Positions 47,456-56,157 of a stretch of DNA of 64,000 nucleotides are shown here, one piece after another. The stretch comes from Patescibacteria group bacterium (GTDB lineage Bacteria; Patescibacteriota; Microgenomatia; UBA1400; PJMF01): positions 8,131 through 72,130 of the forward strand of contig JBPOHR010000011.1 of NCBI GenBank assembly GCA_052035325.1. Reading direction: 5' to 3'. Both the position numbers and the translations under genes were made by a program. Every line of letters starts with the position of its first letter. Position 1 is the stretch's first letter. The notes beneath the pieces are model-generated. The model was not told the origin of the DNA. It saw only the letters and a program-made list of their open reading frames with translations, and searched no databases.

Positions 47456-48181
47456 TTATCCACCACTATACTGGCTGCTTCTCTCGTGGTGCATCATATC
47501 CTGTATAGTCGATGTCTTCTCATAGCCAGTGCCACCAATCATCATCCCCATCCGTTGTTTTTTCTTGCTCTTGCCGTGCATTTGGGTTGCCCAAGTAGAA
47601 GCGCTTTTAATTTTCTGACGCAGCAACATGATAAAAGATCGCAGTTGTTGGAAGAAACTAATGTAGTACTTGCCATCTTGACCAGGATTGACCACTTGCG
47701 TCATCAAGGTGATGTCGACTTCTTTTTCAAATTTGATCACATCGGTAGCAAGCAACTTCAGTTCTTGACGGAGTTGGTCAATTTCTTTTTTGACTTGATT
47801 TTCGCGGGCATTGAACACATCGATAGTATCGACTGGATTGATTTGATCGTGGCGGCGCTTATGTGCTGCTTCGAGTTGCTGTTTTTCAAGTTGGCGTTGT
47901 TGCTCCGCTTGCCAATCAACGTTGTTAGCAGGATTCTGAGCATTGTCTGTTGATTGATCGGGCTGACCGTAATTGAAATCGCCGAATTGGCCACCTGTGC
48001 GAGCGAGCGCATCACTGAAGAGTTTGCTGCTGGCATCTTGGGGATTAACACCAGAGTTATCTCCGGTAGCCGGCTTTTCACGCTCCATGTCAGCCATTGC
48101 CTTGGCGAACGGATTAACGGTTGGTGGCTTTCGAGCAGGAGAGGCTAGTGGTGATGAACTCAGTGAGCTCATATGTAACAA
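47456..48181 (-). CDS. Hypothetical coiled-coil protein (241 aa)
   Basis: Q/E/K-rich heptad-like central segment (QAEQQRQLEKQQLEAAHKRR...KKEIDQLRQELKLL). Confidence 0.35.
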   Translation of the reverse strand: MLHMSSLSSSPLASPARKPPTVNPFAKAMADMEREKPATGDNSGVNPQDASSKLFSDALARTGGQFGDFNYGQPDQSTDNAQNPANNVDWQAEQQRQLEKQQLEAAHKRRHDQINPVDTIDVFNARENQVKKEIDQLRQELKLLATDVIKFEKEVDITLMTQVVNPGQDGKYYISFFQQLRSFIMLLRQKIKSASTWATQMHGKSKKKQRMGMMIGGTGYEKTSTIQDMMHHERSSQYSGG

Positions 48182-48276
48182 TTACACCTGTTTTCGTAGG
48201 ATAATCTGCCGATTATAGGCCTATTTACTCGAGGTGTCAATACAAGTGTATACAGCGCAAGTATAGCGCATTTTTG

Positions 48277-49230
48277 TTAGATTTTAAGCAAGAGTTCGTT
48301 TAGCTTTTCGCGGACAACGATTGACGACACATATGCCTTGTATTCTGGGTTGGCTTTTTGTGCTTCGCGAGCCTTAGGATCAGCGATGCGAGCAAAGTAC
48401 TTCTCGAGATCATCGTCTGTTGTGGTAGTGCCGGTTTCTTCGCGAATTGCATCAAGTACGAGTTCGAGTTGGACTCTACCCAGGACTTGCATAGCTAGAT
48501 CAGTCGACAGTTGTTCGAAGGTCAATTTGCGATGTTTTAAGTAATCATCCAGAGTCATCTTCATGCCTTGAAGCTGGCGAACGATATAATCTAGCTCGGC
48601 TTGAGTTTCCTCTTTGAGGAGAAGTTCAGGAATAGTTGGCTTGAAAGTAACCACCAATTGTTTGTAGATTTCTTGCAAGGTGAACTCACGCTGCTCATTC
48701 TCGAGTTGCTCTTTCGTTGTTTCAGGCTTTGCAGTTTCTGATTTGTCTGCTTTTTTCTCTGTTTGGTGTTCTTTGAGATGCTCTGTCCAAGATTTGTCGG
48801 CAGTTTTTTTGGCTTCTTTGACCGTTTTTTCAAAACCCTTGACCGCAATAATTGGTTTTTCTGCTATTGCAACCTCAACTACCCAGTCCTCATTCAGTGG
48901 TGCAGAAGTAATGGTGATGCTAGGTCGAGTTAGTGGCTTTTTCTTATTTTCTTCTAGAGACTGCTGATATTTCACTGGCATAATCTCTTGCAGTGTCCGC
49001 TCCGCGAGTTCTTCATGGCCAACCATGCCAGCAGCAATTGCTGGTGGTACTTTGCCAGGACGGAAACCAGCAGATTTGAGACGCTTAGCTACTTTCGCCA
49101 GGGTTTTATTGTAAATGGGCTCAATTTCACTCCATTTAAAGGTGATATTCCAAGTGGTGTTGGGACCGATTAAGGACTGTTCATTGGAAGTAGTAGGTGT
49201 TGAAGTGGTAGAAGATGTTTTTTTTGGCAC
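48277..49230 (-). CDS. tig: Trigger factor-like chaperone, short form apparently lacking the PPIase domain
   Basis: N-terminal ribosome-binding domain with GFRPGKVP signature (GFRKGKVP in canonical Tig); only 317 aa. Confidence 0.6.
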   Translation of the reverse strand: MPKKTSSTTSTPTTSNEQSLIGPNTTWNITFKWSEIEPIYNKTLAKVAKRLKSAGFRPGKVPPAIAAGMVGHEELAERTLQEIMPVKYQQSLEENKKKPLTRPSITITSAPLNEDWVVEVAIAEKPIIAVKGFEKTVKEAKKTADKSWTEHLKEHQTEKKADKSETAKPETTKEQLENEQREFTLQEIYKQLVVTFKPTIPELLLKEETQAELDYIVRQLQGMKMTLDDYLKHRKLTFEQLSTDLAMQVLGRVQLELVLDAIREETGTTTTDDDLEKYFARIADPKAREAQKANPEYKAYVSSIVVREKLNELLLKI

Positions 49231-49317
49231 AGGTGGTGATTATACCTCATCATTGCTTCGAGAGGATGATATACTTTGGACGTTATTATTAGCTACGTAC
49301 AAGAGACACAAGGACAC

Positions 49318-50142
49318 ATGGCAGACAACAACTCGATTTTATTGCACGTTATCTGTGATTACGCTATTGGCGGCATGGAGTTTGGGGAGATAAACACCCG
49401 TCTTCAGTATCACTTGGAGAAGCCTCACGCCGTCCGCATTCATCCCACCTCTGTCCCCTCTTTGGACACCATGGCAATTGGCTTTGTGACGGCACAGTAT
49501 GCCTTTGCACCCAATCATGGCAAAATGTTCATTTACGGTAATGCTGCTCCTCGACGTGGCTCGACCAAAGCCACCAAGACTAATAGTGATAATGGTATCC
49601 AGTATGCTCGCCTCGATAATGGTGTGGAGATTGTCAATGTCTATTCAGAGTTTGCTTTTGGCTTCGTGAAGTCACATATCGTCGAGTACCGCAATATTGA
49701 CTGTCCCAACGAAGGTTCACAGTTTCGATCTCGTGACTTTTTCCCTGAGAGAGTGGCACGTTTGATTAATGGTGATCGCTCGATTTTGACTGATGAACTA
49801 GATGTGAACGACATCCCTGAGATTCCCCACAACATGGTGGCCTGGACGGATGGTTTTGGCAATATCAAGACGACTATGCGTAAGTCTGATCTTGAGAAAA
49901 TGGGCTTGAAGATGGGGCAAAATGTCCAAGTGATCTGCAACGGTGTGAGTATGACCGGGGTAATTGCTCTGGGTGGCTTTAGTGTCGATCGAGGCGTCCT
50001 GGCGGTGAACGCTGGTTCGTCAGGTTATGAGGACCCCTTTGTGGAGCTCTTCCTGCGGGTCCATCATATGACTGAGAAAACAGCCGCGGTGCGGTTTGAT
50101 TACCCAGCAGGTGGCACAGAGTTTGAGATTAAGCCGCTGTAG
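49318..50142 (+). CDS. SAM hydroxide adenosyltransferase family protein (DUF62; chlorinase/fluorinase-like fold)
   Basis: SQFRSRDFFPE (compare family FHGRDIFAP) and WTDGFGNIKT (compare IDRFGNLIT) motifs; start taken at the second Met. Confidence 0.55.
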   Translation: MADNNSILLHVICDYAIGGMEFGEINTRLQYHLEKPHAVRIHPTSVPSLDTMAIGFVTAQYAFAPNHGKMFIYGNAAPRRGSTKATKTNSDNGIQYARLDNGVEIVNVYSEFAFGFVKSHIVEYRNIDCPNEGSQFRSRDFFPERVARLINGDRSILTDELDVNDIPEIPHNMVAWTDGFGNIKTTMRKSDLEKMGLKMGQNVQVICNGVSMTGVIALGGFSVDRGVLAVNAGSSGYEDPFVELFLRVHHMTEKTAAVRFDYPAGGTEFEIKPL

Positions 50143-50166
50143 TGTTTTCTGAATAGTCACTGTGTA

Positions 50167-50254
50167 GGTGATCTTAACCCAAAAGCAGTTGTCTACTGTG
50201 TGAGTAAGATTGTTTACCTATTTGTAGACTCTCTGTTTTTGGGTTAAGATCACC
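50167..50254. repeat. Perfect 18-bp inverted repeat (GGTGATCTTAACCCAAAA / TTTTGGGTTAAGATCACC) with 52-nt spacer
   Basis: Arms at 50167-50184 and 50237-50254 are exact reverse complements; lies between the DUF62 gene and tRNA-Cys. Confidence 0.85.
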
Positions 50255-50260
50255 ACTATT

Positions 50261-50334
50261 GGCACGGTACCAGAGTGGTCCAATGGCTAGGTCTGCAAAA
50301 CCTCAGTTCAGGGGTTCAAATCCCCTCCGTGCCT
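50261..50334 (+). tRNA. tRNA-Cys (anticodon GCA)
   Basis: GGCACGG...anticodon arm AGGT-CTGCAAA-ACCT gives GCA; T-arm GGGGTTCAAATCCCC; acceptor GGCACGG/CCGTGCC. Confidence 0.7.
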
Positions 50335-50385
50335 CAATTTGTTAACTTCTTTACTCCAAGTAAGAAACACGCTAACCTAGTACGC

Positions 50386-51060
50386 ATGGATCTACGCCCC
50401 TATCTTATTTTCATTCAAAAAAAACTGATTCTGTATCAACCGCTGATTAAGACTTTTTTTGTCATCGCCGAGATTGGGGTGATCTCACTGTGGATAGTTG
50501 GGCTGTTGATGTTTGTGATGTTTCCCTATCAGGATCTTGCCAATTTTCGCCTGCATTTAATGATCTACGATATTGGTACAAAGATGGGAGTAATAGGGCT
50601 ACTGACCTACTTTGCTACTTTGACGCCTGGTATTTTGCAGCGATTTCGTTTTCAACCATTGGTGGCGGCAATGATCATGCCGTTTCGTCGACACATGGGC
50701 ATTTTGATGTTCTTGTGTGTTGTTGTGCATATGAACTTTACGACAACACTACCCTTTGTTCTGGGAGGTGCTGGTCTAGTACTTACCTCTCCAAAGGTGT
50801 TTGGGGTGGTTGCATGGCTGCTCCTACTACCTTTGTGGCTGACCTCCAATGACCCTTCGCAAAAGTATCTTGGCAAAAAATGGAAGTTGTTGCATCGTTT
50901 GACCTATCTTGTACTGTTGTTAGTTTTTTTCCACGTTGCATTGTTCTTGAAGAACTGGGCAATACCTACCTTTGGCATGTTGATTTTAGAAGCCTCGTCA
51001 TGGTTGATAGTTCTATTGCGATCGCGTCAAAGCACTGCCGCGGTGACGTCAATCCAATGA
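50386..51060 (+). CDS. Ferric-reductase-like transmembrane heme-binding protein (MsrQ/YedZ-like)
   Basis: 6 TM; ...PFRRHMGILMFLCVVVHM... resembles the MsrQ 'RRxLG...H' heme-ligand region; the ORF-track start at 50275 overlaps the tRNA, so the Met at 50386 was used. Confidence 0.45.
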   Translation: MDLRPYLIFIQKKLILYQPLIKTFFVIAEIGVISLWIVGLLMFVMFPYQDLANFRLHLMIYDIGTKMGVIGLLTYFATLTPGILQRFRFQPLVAAMIMPFRRHMGILMFLCVVVHMNFTTTLPFVLGGAGLVLTSPKVFGVVAWLLLLPLWLTSNDPSQKYLGKKWKLLHRLTYLVLLLVFFHVALFLKNWAIPTFGMLILEASSWLIVLLRSRQSTAAVTSIQ

Positions 51061-51072
51061 TAAAATAGCCTG

Positions 51073-52245
51073 GTGACAAAGAGTTCTTCCCACTCCTACT
51101 ACGTACATACTTTTGGTTGCCAATCGAATAAAAGTGATTCTGAACGAATTGCCGGTGACTATGAAGCTCGTGGATATGTCGAAGCTGCTGACTGGAAGTC
51201 TGCAGATGAAATTGTGGTCAATACCTGCGCAATTCGTCAAAGCGCTGAGCATCGAGCTCGAGGTTTTTTGCATAACGTGGTTACTTTCTTTGATGAAAGT
51301 GGTCGACAACGACCAAAAATTATTTTGACAGGCTGCATGACCCATCATGGACACGCCAAGCTGCTCGAAATGTTGCCGATGGTGGATGAGATTTTGCCGA
51401 TTAATGAGGTGGGCTTTAACCAAGCGGCGGTAAGAAAAGACCAAAAGCATGCATGGATTCCGATTTCGACCGGCTGTAATTCGTTTTGTACCTACTGCAT
51501 TGTCCCCTACTCTCGAGGGCGAGAAGCATCGCGTAGTTTTGAATCAATCATGCAGGAAGTTGAAGAGTTGGTAGGAAAAGGTTTTGAAGAAATAACGTTA
51601 CTTGGCATGAATGTTAATTCTTGGGGACTTGAGAAAGTCGGAATTGGTTTTCGCAAAATGATGATGGAAAATCCGACCTACACTCGAGAAGATTTGCCCG
51701 ATAATCAGAGTCAATACTTGCAGACAGGCGAAACTCCGCCGTTTGTGAAGTTATTACGGGCAATTTCAGCGTTCGTACAGATTAAGAAAATCCGTTTTCT
51801 GACCAGTAATCCATGGGATTTTCATGATGAATTAATTGATGAAGTTGCTACAAATCAAAAAATCGATCGGTACATTCATTTACCTATCCAATCTGGTAGC
51901 AATGCAGTGTTGTATCGAATGAATCGTGGATATACCCGGGAACGATACGTTGAAGTTTTCAACAAACTAAAAGCAGCTGATCCGCAGATCACGATTGGGA
52001 CAGATATCATTGTGGGTTTTCCTGGAGAAACTGAGGAAGAGTTTCAAGAAACAGTAGATTTAGCGCAACAATTGCGTTGGCCAGTGGGTTTTGTGGCCAT
52101 GTACTCACCCCGACCTGGTACGGCAAGCTGGCGAATATACCTCGATGATGTGCCGCATGTTGAGAAGAAACGTCGTTGGGAAGTATTGGATGAAATCATT
52201 AACAAGCAACCGCTACGTGATGGGCAGCGGCCAGTTATTGTCTAG
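51073..52245 (+). CDS. miaB: tRNA methylthiotransferase (MiaB family radical SAM)
   Basis: MTTase N-domain YVHTFGCQSN, radical SAM CNSFCTYCIVP, TRAM C-terminus; adjacent to miaA. Confidence 0.8.
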   Translation: MTKSSSHSYYVHTFGCQSNKSDSERIAGDYEARGYVEAADWKSADEIVVNTCAIRQSAEHRARGFLHNVVTFFDESGRQRPKIILTGCMTHHGHAKLLEMLPMVDEILPINEVGFNQAAVRKDQKHAWIPISTGCNSFCTYCIVPYSRGREASRSFESIMQEVEELVGKGFEEITLLGMNVNSWGLEKVGIGFRKMMMENPTYTREDLPDNQSQYLQTGETPPFVKLLRAISAFVQIKKIRFLTSNPWDFHDELIDEVATNQKIDRYIHLPIQSGSNAVLYRMNRGYTRERYVEVFNKLKAADPQITIGTDIIVGFPGETEEEFQETVDLAQQLRWPVGFVAMYSPRPGTASWRIYLDDVPHVEKKRRWEVLDEIINKQPLRDGQRPVIV

Positions 52246-52250
52246 ACACT

Positions 52251-53246
52251 ATGACAAACAAAATCCTGTCAATTGTGGGACCAACAGCTGTTGGAAAAAC
52301 TGCGTTCGCATGGCGGGTAGCTGAGTATTTCTGGGACGTGCATCAGATAAAATGCGATATTATTTCCGCTGATTCACGACAGGTCTACAAAGGTCTTGAG
52401 ATTTTAAGTGGTGCTGATATTCCGCCCGATGCCGAGTGGTGTGATGAATACTGGCAAGTAGGGCAGCATAGATTGTGGGGAGTATCGTTTTTGAAGCCGA
52501 CAGACGAGTGGTCTGTTGCTCATTTCCGTCGTTTTGTGAAACACATCTGCGAGCAATCTTGGCAGGCAGGACGATTACCGATATTAGTAGGTGGAACTGG
52601 TTTGTATGCAGAGTGGGCATTGTCTGATGATCCACAAATGGATTCGAAGCCTGACATGGAAATCCGAGCTAAAGCTGAAGTGCTTGATCTTGAAGAACTA
52701 CAACGTTGGGTGCAGAGTGAGGCAGCTGTCCGGTGGTCGGTGATGAATGACTCTGACCGTGCCAATCCTCGAAGACTGGTGCGAGTTTTGGAACAGACAA
52801 CAACACCTGCCGCTACCAAGCAAGTAAATGCGACTTCTAGTCTTGTGAAAAAGCGTGAAAATATTGATCAACTCGTGATTGGGATCACGGATGACATGAC
52901 AGAAATTGAGAAAAGGATTGTGATTCGCGTCGAACAACGGTGGAATCATGGTGCGATGGCTGAAGTTGACCAGTTGCTAGAGATAGTTTTAGACCAAGGG
53001 AGATTGATACCAGCTATCAGTGCTACCGGAGTAAAACAAATTGCTTCGTATATTCAAGGTGACTGTGATGAACAAGCAGCTAAAACCGCTTGGGTGGTTG
53101 CAGAAAGACAGTATGCAAAGCGTCAATTTACCTGGTGGAAAAAGCGTGAAAATGTTGAATGGACAGCAATAACAGAAATGCATTGGCAGAAGTTGGCACT
53201 AGATAAAATTACCGCTTGGTACGGCTCAAAAGAGCGGGTATACTGA
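52251..53246 (+). CDS. miaA: tRNA dimethylallyltransferase
   Basis: P-loop IVGPTAVGKT, IPT family length and motifs. Confidence 0.85.
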   Translation: MTNKILSIVGPTAVGKTAFAWRVAEYFWDVHQIKCDIISADSRQVYKGLEILSGADIPPDAEWCDEYWQVGQHRLWGVSFLKPTDEWSVAHFRRFVKHICEQSWQAGRLPILVGGTGLYAEWALSDDPQMDSKPDMEIRAKAEVLDLEELQRWVQSEAAVRWSVMNDSDRANPRRLVRVLEQTTTPAATKQVNATSSLVKKRENIDQLVIGITDDMTEIEKRIVIRVEQRWNHGAMAEVDQLLEIVLDQGRLIPAISATGVKQIASYIQGDCDEQAAKTAWVVAERQYAKRQFTWWKKRENVEWTAITEMHWQKLALDKITAWYGSKERVY

Positions 53247-53256
53247 CCGTATATCT

Positions 53257-54291
53257 ATGTCTGAAAACATTGACACATCGGATTCAAAAGTAGCGGTACG
53301 TATCTCGCCATCTATTTTGTTCTATGCATTGGCTGTGATGGGTGGTCTGTACTTCACCTACATGGTGCGAGGTATTTTGGTTCAAGTATTTTTAGCTTTA
53401 ATCATTATGGTTGGTCTTAATCCAGCAGTGAATGTATTACACAAAAGGTTGCGATTGCCTCGAGCGCTTAGTGCATTTGTTGTCTATATCATAATGTTGG
53501 TGTCACTCATTGGCACATTTGCATTGATCATGCCGCCACTGGTTCGTGAGCTCTATCAGCTGCTGAAAATTGTAAACATTCCAATTCCTGTGTTGCAGGA
53601 TCAAATTAATAACTTGAATTTTACGGTCAGTGAATTGAGTGATTTAGCACAGCGAGTTGGCACCTCGTTTAACTTCATCTTGTCGGTGGTGACAGCGACT
53701 TTTTCTAGTGTTTTCACCTTTTTCACGGTACTGGTTATTTCCTTTTATTTACTGTTGGATCGACCACGACTGTACAAAAAACTTAGCTGGTTTACACACA
53801 AGGAAGAACACTTAGCGCTAGCGAGGGAGTTTATTGATGAGCTTGAAACACAACTGGGCGGTTGGGTGCGCGGCCAATTGGTGTTGATGATTCTAATCGG
53901 TTTGGTGACCTATGCTGGTTTGCTCGCAATTCGTGTTCCGTATGCATTACCCTTGGCTATTTTAGCCGGCATGCTAGAAGTGTTGCCAAATCTTGGACCA
54001 ACACTGGCATCCGTACCGGCTATCGCGCTAGCATTCTTTACTCTTGGACCAGTTGGTGGCGCAATTACGTTGGCCTTTTATGTCGTTGTGCAGCAACTAG
54101 AAAATAATTTGATTGTGCCGAAAATCATGAAGGATAATGCCGACGTTAATCCATTAATCGCAATTCTGGTGATCTTAGTTGGATTAAAGTTGTATGGTGT
54201 GATGGGTGCGTTGTTAGCTGTGCCTACCTATATCCTTATCAGGCTTGTGTATAGTTTGTACTATCGACATTTTTTAGCACATAGATCCTAA
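53257..54291 (+). CDS. AI-2E family transporter (PerM-like)
   Basis: 8 TM, conserved C-terminal ...NNLIVPKIM....NPL... region typical of AI-2E/UPF0118. Confidence 0.7.
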   Translation: MSENIDTSDSKVAVRISPSILFYALAVMGGLYFTYMVRGILVQVFLALIIMVGLNPAVNVLHKRLRLPRALSAFVVYIIMLVSLIGTFALIMPPLVRELYQLLKIVNIPIPVLQDQINNLNFTVSELSDLAQRVGTSFNFILSVVTATFSSVFTFFTVLVISFYLLLDRPRLYKKLSWFTHKEEHLALAREFIDELETQLGGWVRGQLVLMILIGLVTYAGLLAIRVPYALPLAILAGMLEVLPNLGPTLASVPAIALAFFTLGPVGGAITLAFYVVVQQLENNLIVPKIMKDNADVNPLIAILVILVGLKLYGVMGALLAVPTYILIRLVYSLYYRHFLAHRS

Positions 54292-54311
54292 AGTAGCGTA
54301 TAATCATCTCA

Positions 54312-54655
54312 AGCGTAACCGGGTAATGGCTTTTGTTTTCTTCGGAAAACAAAAGAGGAAAGTCCGGACAGCTGGACATAGGGTGCCTGGTGAAAGCCAG
54401 GGCGTGGTTCGCTTCAGTGAACTGCGACAGTTAGAGCTGTAGAGACGAGCCGGGTGGCGCCGGGTGAAACGACCAAGCTTCTGGGTCAGTGCGTACGGCT
54501 TCGGCCAGGGCGTACTGAGCAATCCTCCCCGCTGCAACTGCCGATCTTCACCTAAATGGAGATGTCCCCCATTGCTCCTTCGTGGAGCGAGGTGATAAAG
54601 CCGCAGGCATAGATAGATCATTGCCCTCGACAGAATCCGGCTTACAGGTTACGCT
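54312..54655 (+). ncRNA. rnpB: RNase P RNA (bacterial type A)
   Basis: P4 strand GAGGAAAGTCCGGAC, 3' P4 strand ACAGAATCCGGCTTA, P1 pairing AGCGTAACC/GGTTACGCT, GNRA/T-loop-like GTGAAA elements; about 344 nt. Confidence 0.8.
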
Positions 54656-54664
54656 TATAGTGAT

Positions 54665-55384
54665 TTGAGGAGATGCGTTATGAATAACATCATGATTCCG
54701 GCTAGTTGGTACAGTTCTTGGGGCGGATTTGCGAATCAGACATTCAATCAAGTCTCGTTTTTCTTGCCACGGCTGGCTGGTGCATTACTCGTGCTAGTGC
54801 TGGGGGCATTTATCGCCAAAGCGATTAAGCGTATTGTCGTCAAGATTCTCGAGACATTTCGCATGTCAAGCGCCTTGAAGAATACTCCCATTGAGCATTT
54901 TGTGGAAAATGCAGAAGTTGGCCAACGCGTTGAAGATGTGGTGGGGTCTATTGTGTATTGGTTAGCAATGTTGATTGTGGTTCACACCAGCGTGACGTTG
55001 CTTGGGCTAGAGCCACTCTCGATAGTATTGGCAAAAGTGATTGATTATTTGCCCAATATCATTTCTGCTGTCCTTGTGCTCTTCTTTGGCACATTGTTAG
55101 CTGGCGTGGTGGAAAGTGTGGTGAAGGGCGCGATCAAAACTATCGATGGTCACAGTTCGCGAGTGTTGGGAAAGATCAGTAGCTACTTGGTTGTCAGTCT
55201 GGCGGTGATGGCTGCAGTATCTGAGCTAGGTATCGCCAGTGAGTTTATTTTGATTTTGTTTGTGGGAATGGTCACGATGTTGAGTCTTGGTGGCGGTCTC
55301 GCACTCGGTCTTGGCGGACAGGATTTAGTGAAAAAAACACTCAATCGTTGGTATGATCGCCTTGAGAAAGAAGTGCGCGAATGA
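54665..55384 (+). CDS. Membrane protein with repeated conserved TM-helix units (MscS-N-terminal-like)
   Basis: Four similar hydrophobic helices each followed by a charged stretch; start may be the internal Met (MNNIM/MIPASW). Confidence 0.35.
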   Translation: MRRCVMNNIMIPASWYSSWGGFANQTFNQVSFFLPRLAGALLVLVLGAFIAKAIKRIVVKILETFRMSSALKNTPIEHFVENAEVGQRVEDVVGSIVYWLAMLIVVHTSVTLLGLEPLSIVLAKVIDYLPNIISAVLVLFFGTLLAGVVESVVKGAIKTIDGHSSRVLGKISSYLVVSLAVMAAVSELGIASEFILILFVGMVTMLSLGGGLALGLGGQDLVKKTLNRWYDRLEKEVRE

Positions 55385-56157
55385 CGAGTGTTCAGGCGCT
55401 TATTTTAGGTGTGGTGCAGGGCCTCACTGAGTTCCTGCCAATTTCGAGTGATGGTCACTTGGCACTTATGCACCATGCATTGGGATTTGCTCATGCAGAT
55501 TTAGTTTTTGACGTATTTTTACATGGTGCCACATTGTTGGCAGTTATTTTATTTTTTTGGAAAGATATCTGGAAAATGTCCCTGAAAGAGGCGGCAGTGA
55601 TTGTGATTTCCACGATTCCAGCAGTGGCTTTTGGTGCAATTATCAAAGACAGACTTGAGATGTTGTCTGCATCGCTGGTGATTATTGGTGTGTTTGAAAT
55701 AGTAACTGGCTTGATGAATCTACAAGCCGCGCGTTGCATGGCAAAGCCTGGAGAAAAGTCACAAGCAGTGACATTCAAACAGGGTTTGATTATTGGCATT
55801 TTCCAAGCATTAGCAATTTTACCCGGCTGGTCACGGTCAAGTGGGACAGTGGCAGCTGCGGTGACCCAAGATATCGATCGAGAAAAAGCGTTTCGTTTTT
55901 CTTTTTTATTGGGTATTCCGGCAATTGCTGGAGCGGCAACCCTTACCTTGGTGGATGTCTGGAAGGCAGGATTTCCGGGTATTCAACCCTTTCCCTATCT
56001 AGTTGGTGGCTTCGCAGCATTTTGCGTAGGTTTGGGGGCGCTCAAATTGTTACAGTGGGTGATCTCGCACGCGAAGTTTCAATGGTTTGGATGGTATTGT
56101 TTAGCCTTGGGGTCCGTGACCATTGTGGCACCTTTGGTGGTAGCAACGCTTCGTTAG
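55381..56157 (+). CDS. uppP: Undecaprenyl-diphosphatase
   Basis: LILGVVQGLTEFLPISSDGHL signature of BacA/UppP; 8 TM. Confidence 0.9.
   Translation: MTSVQALILGVVQGLTEFLPISSDGHLALMHHALGFAHADLVFDVFLHGATLLAVILFFWKDIWKMSLKEAAVIVISTIPAVAFGAIIKDRLEMLSASLVIIGVFEIVTGLMNLQAARCMAKPGEKSQAVTFKQGLIIGIFQALAILPGWSRSSGTVAAAVTQDIDREKAFRFSFLLGIPAIAGAATLTLVDVWKAGFPGIQPFPYLVGGFAAFCVGLGALKLLQWVISHAKFQWFGWYCLALGSVTIVAPLVVATLR

Noticed and set aside
48182-48276. GCGCAAGTATAGCGC-ATTTTT hairpin as the tig terminator
   Set aside because: The hairpin plus T-tract is oriented for the plus strand, whereas tig is on the minus strand. The stem is only 4 bp.
50275-50385. N-terminal 37 codons of the ORF 50275..51060
   Set aside because: They overlap the tRNA-Cys gene on the same strand. 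The downstream Met at 50386 (MDLRPY...) gives a sensible membrane-protein start.
54304-54621. 105-aa minus-strand ORF
   Set aside because: It lies entirely within the RNase P RNA gene, which has strong P4/P1 motif support. It is a spurious antisense ORF.
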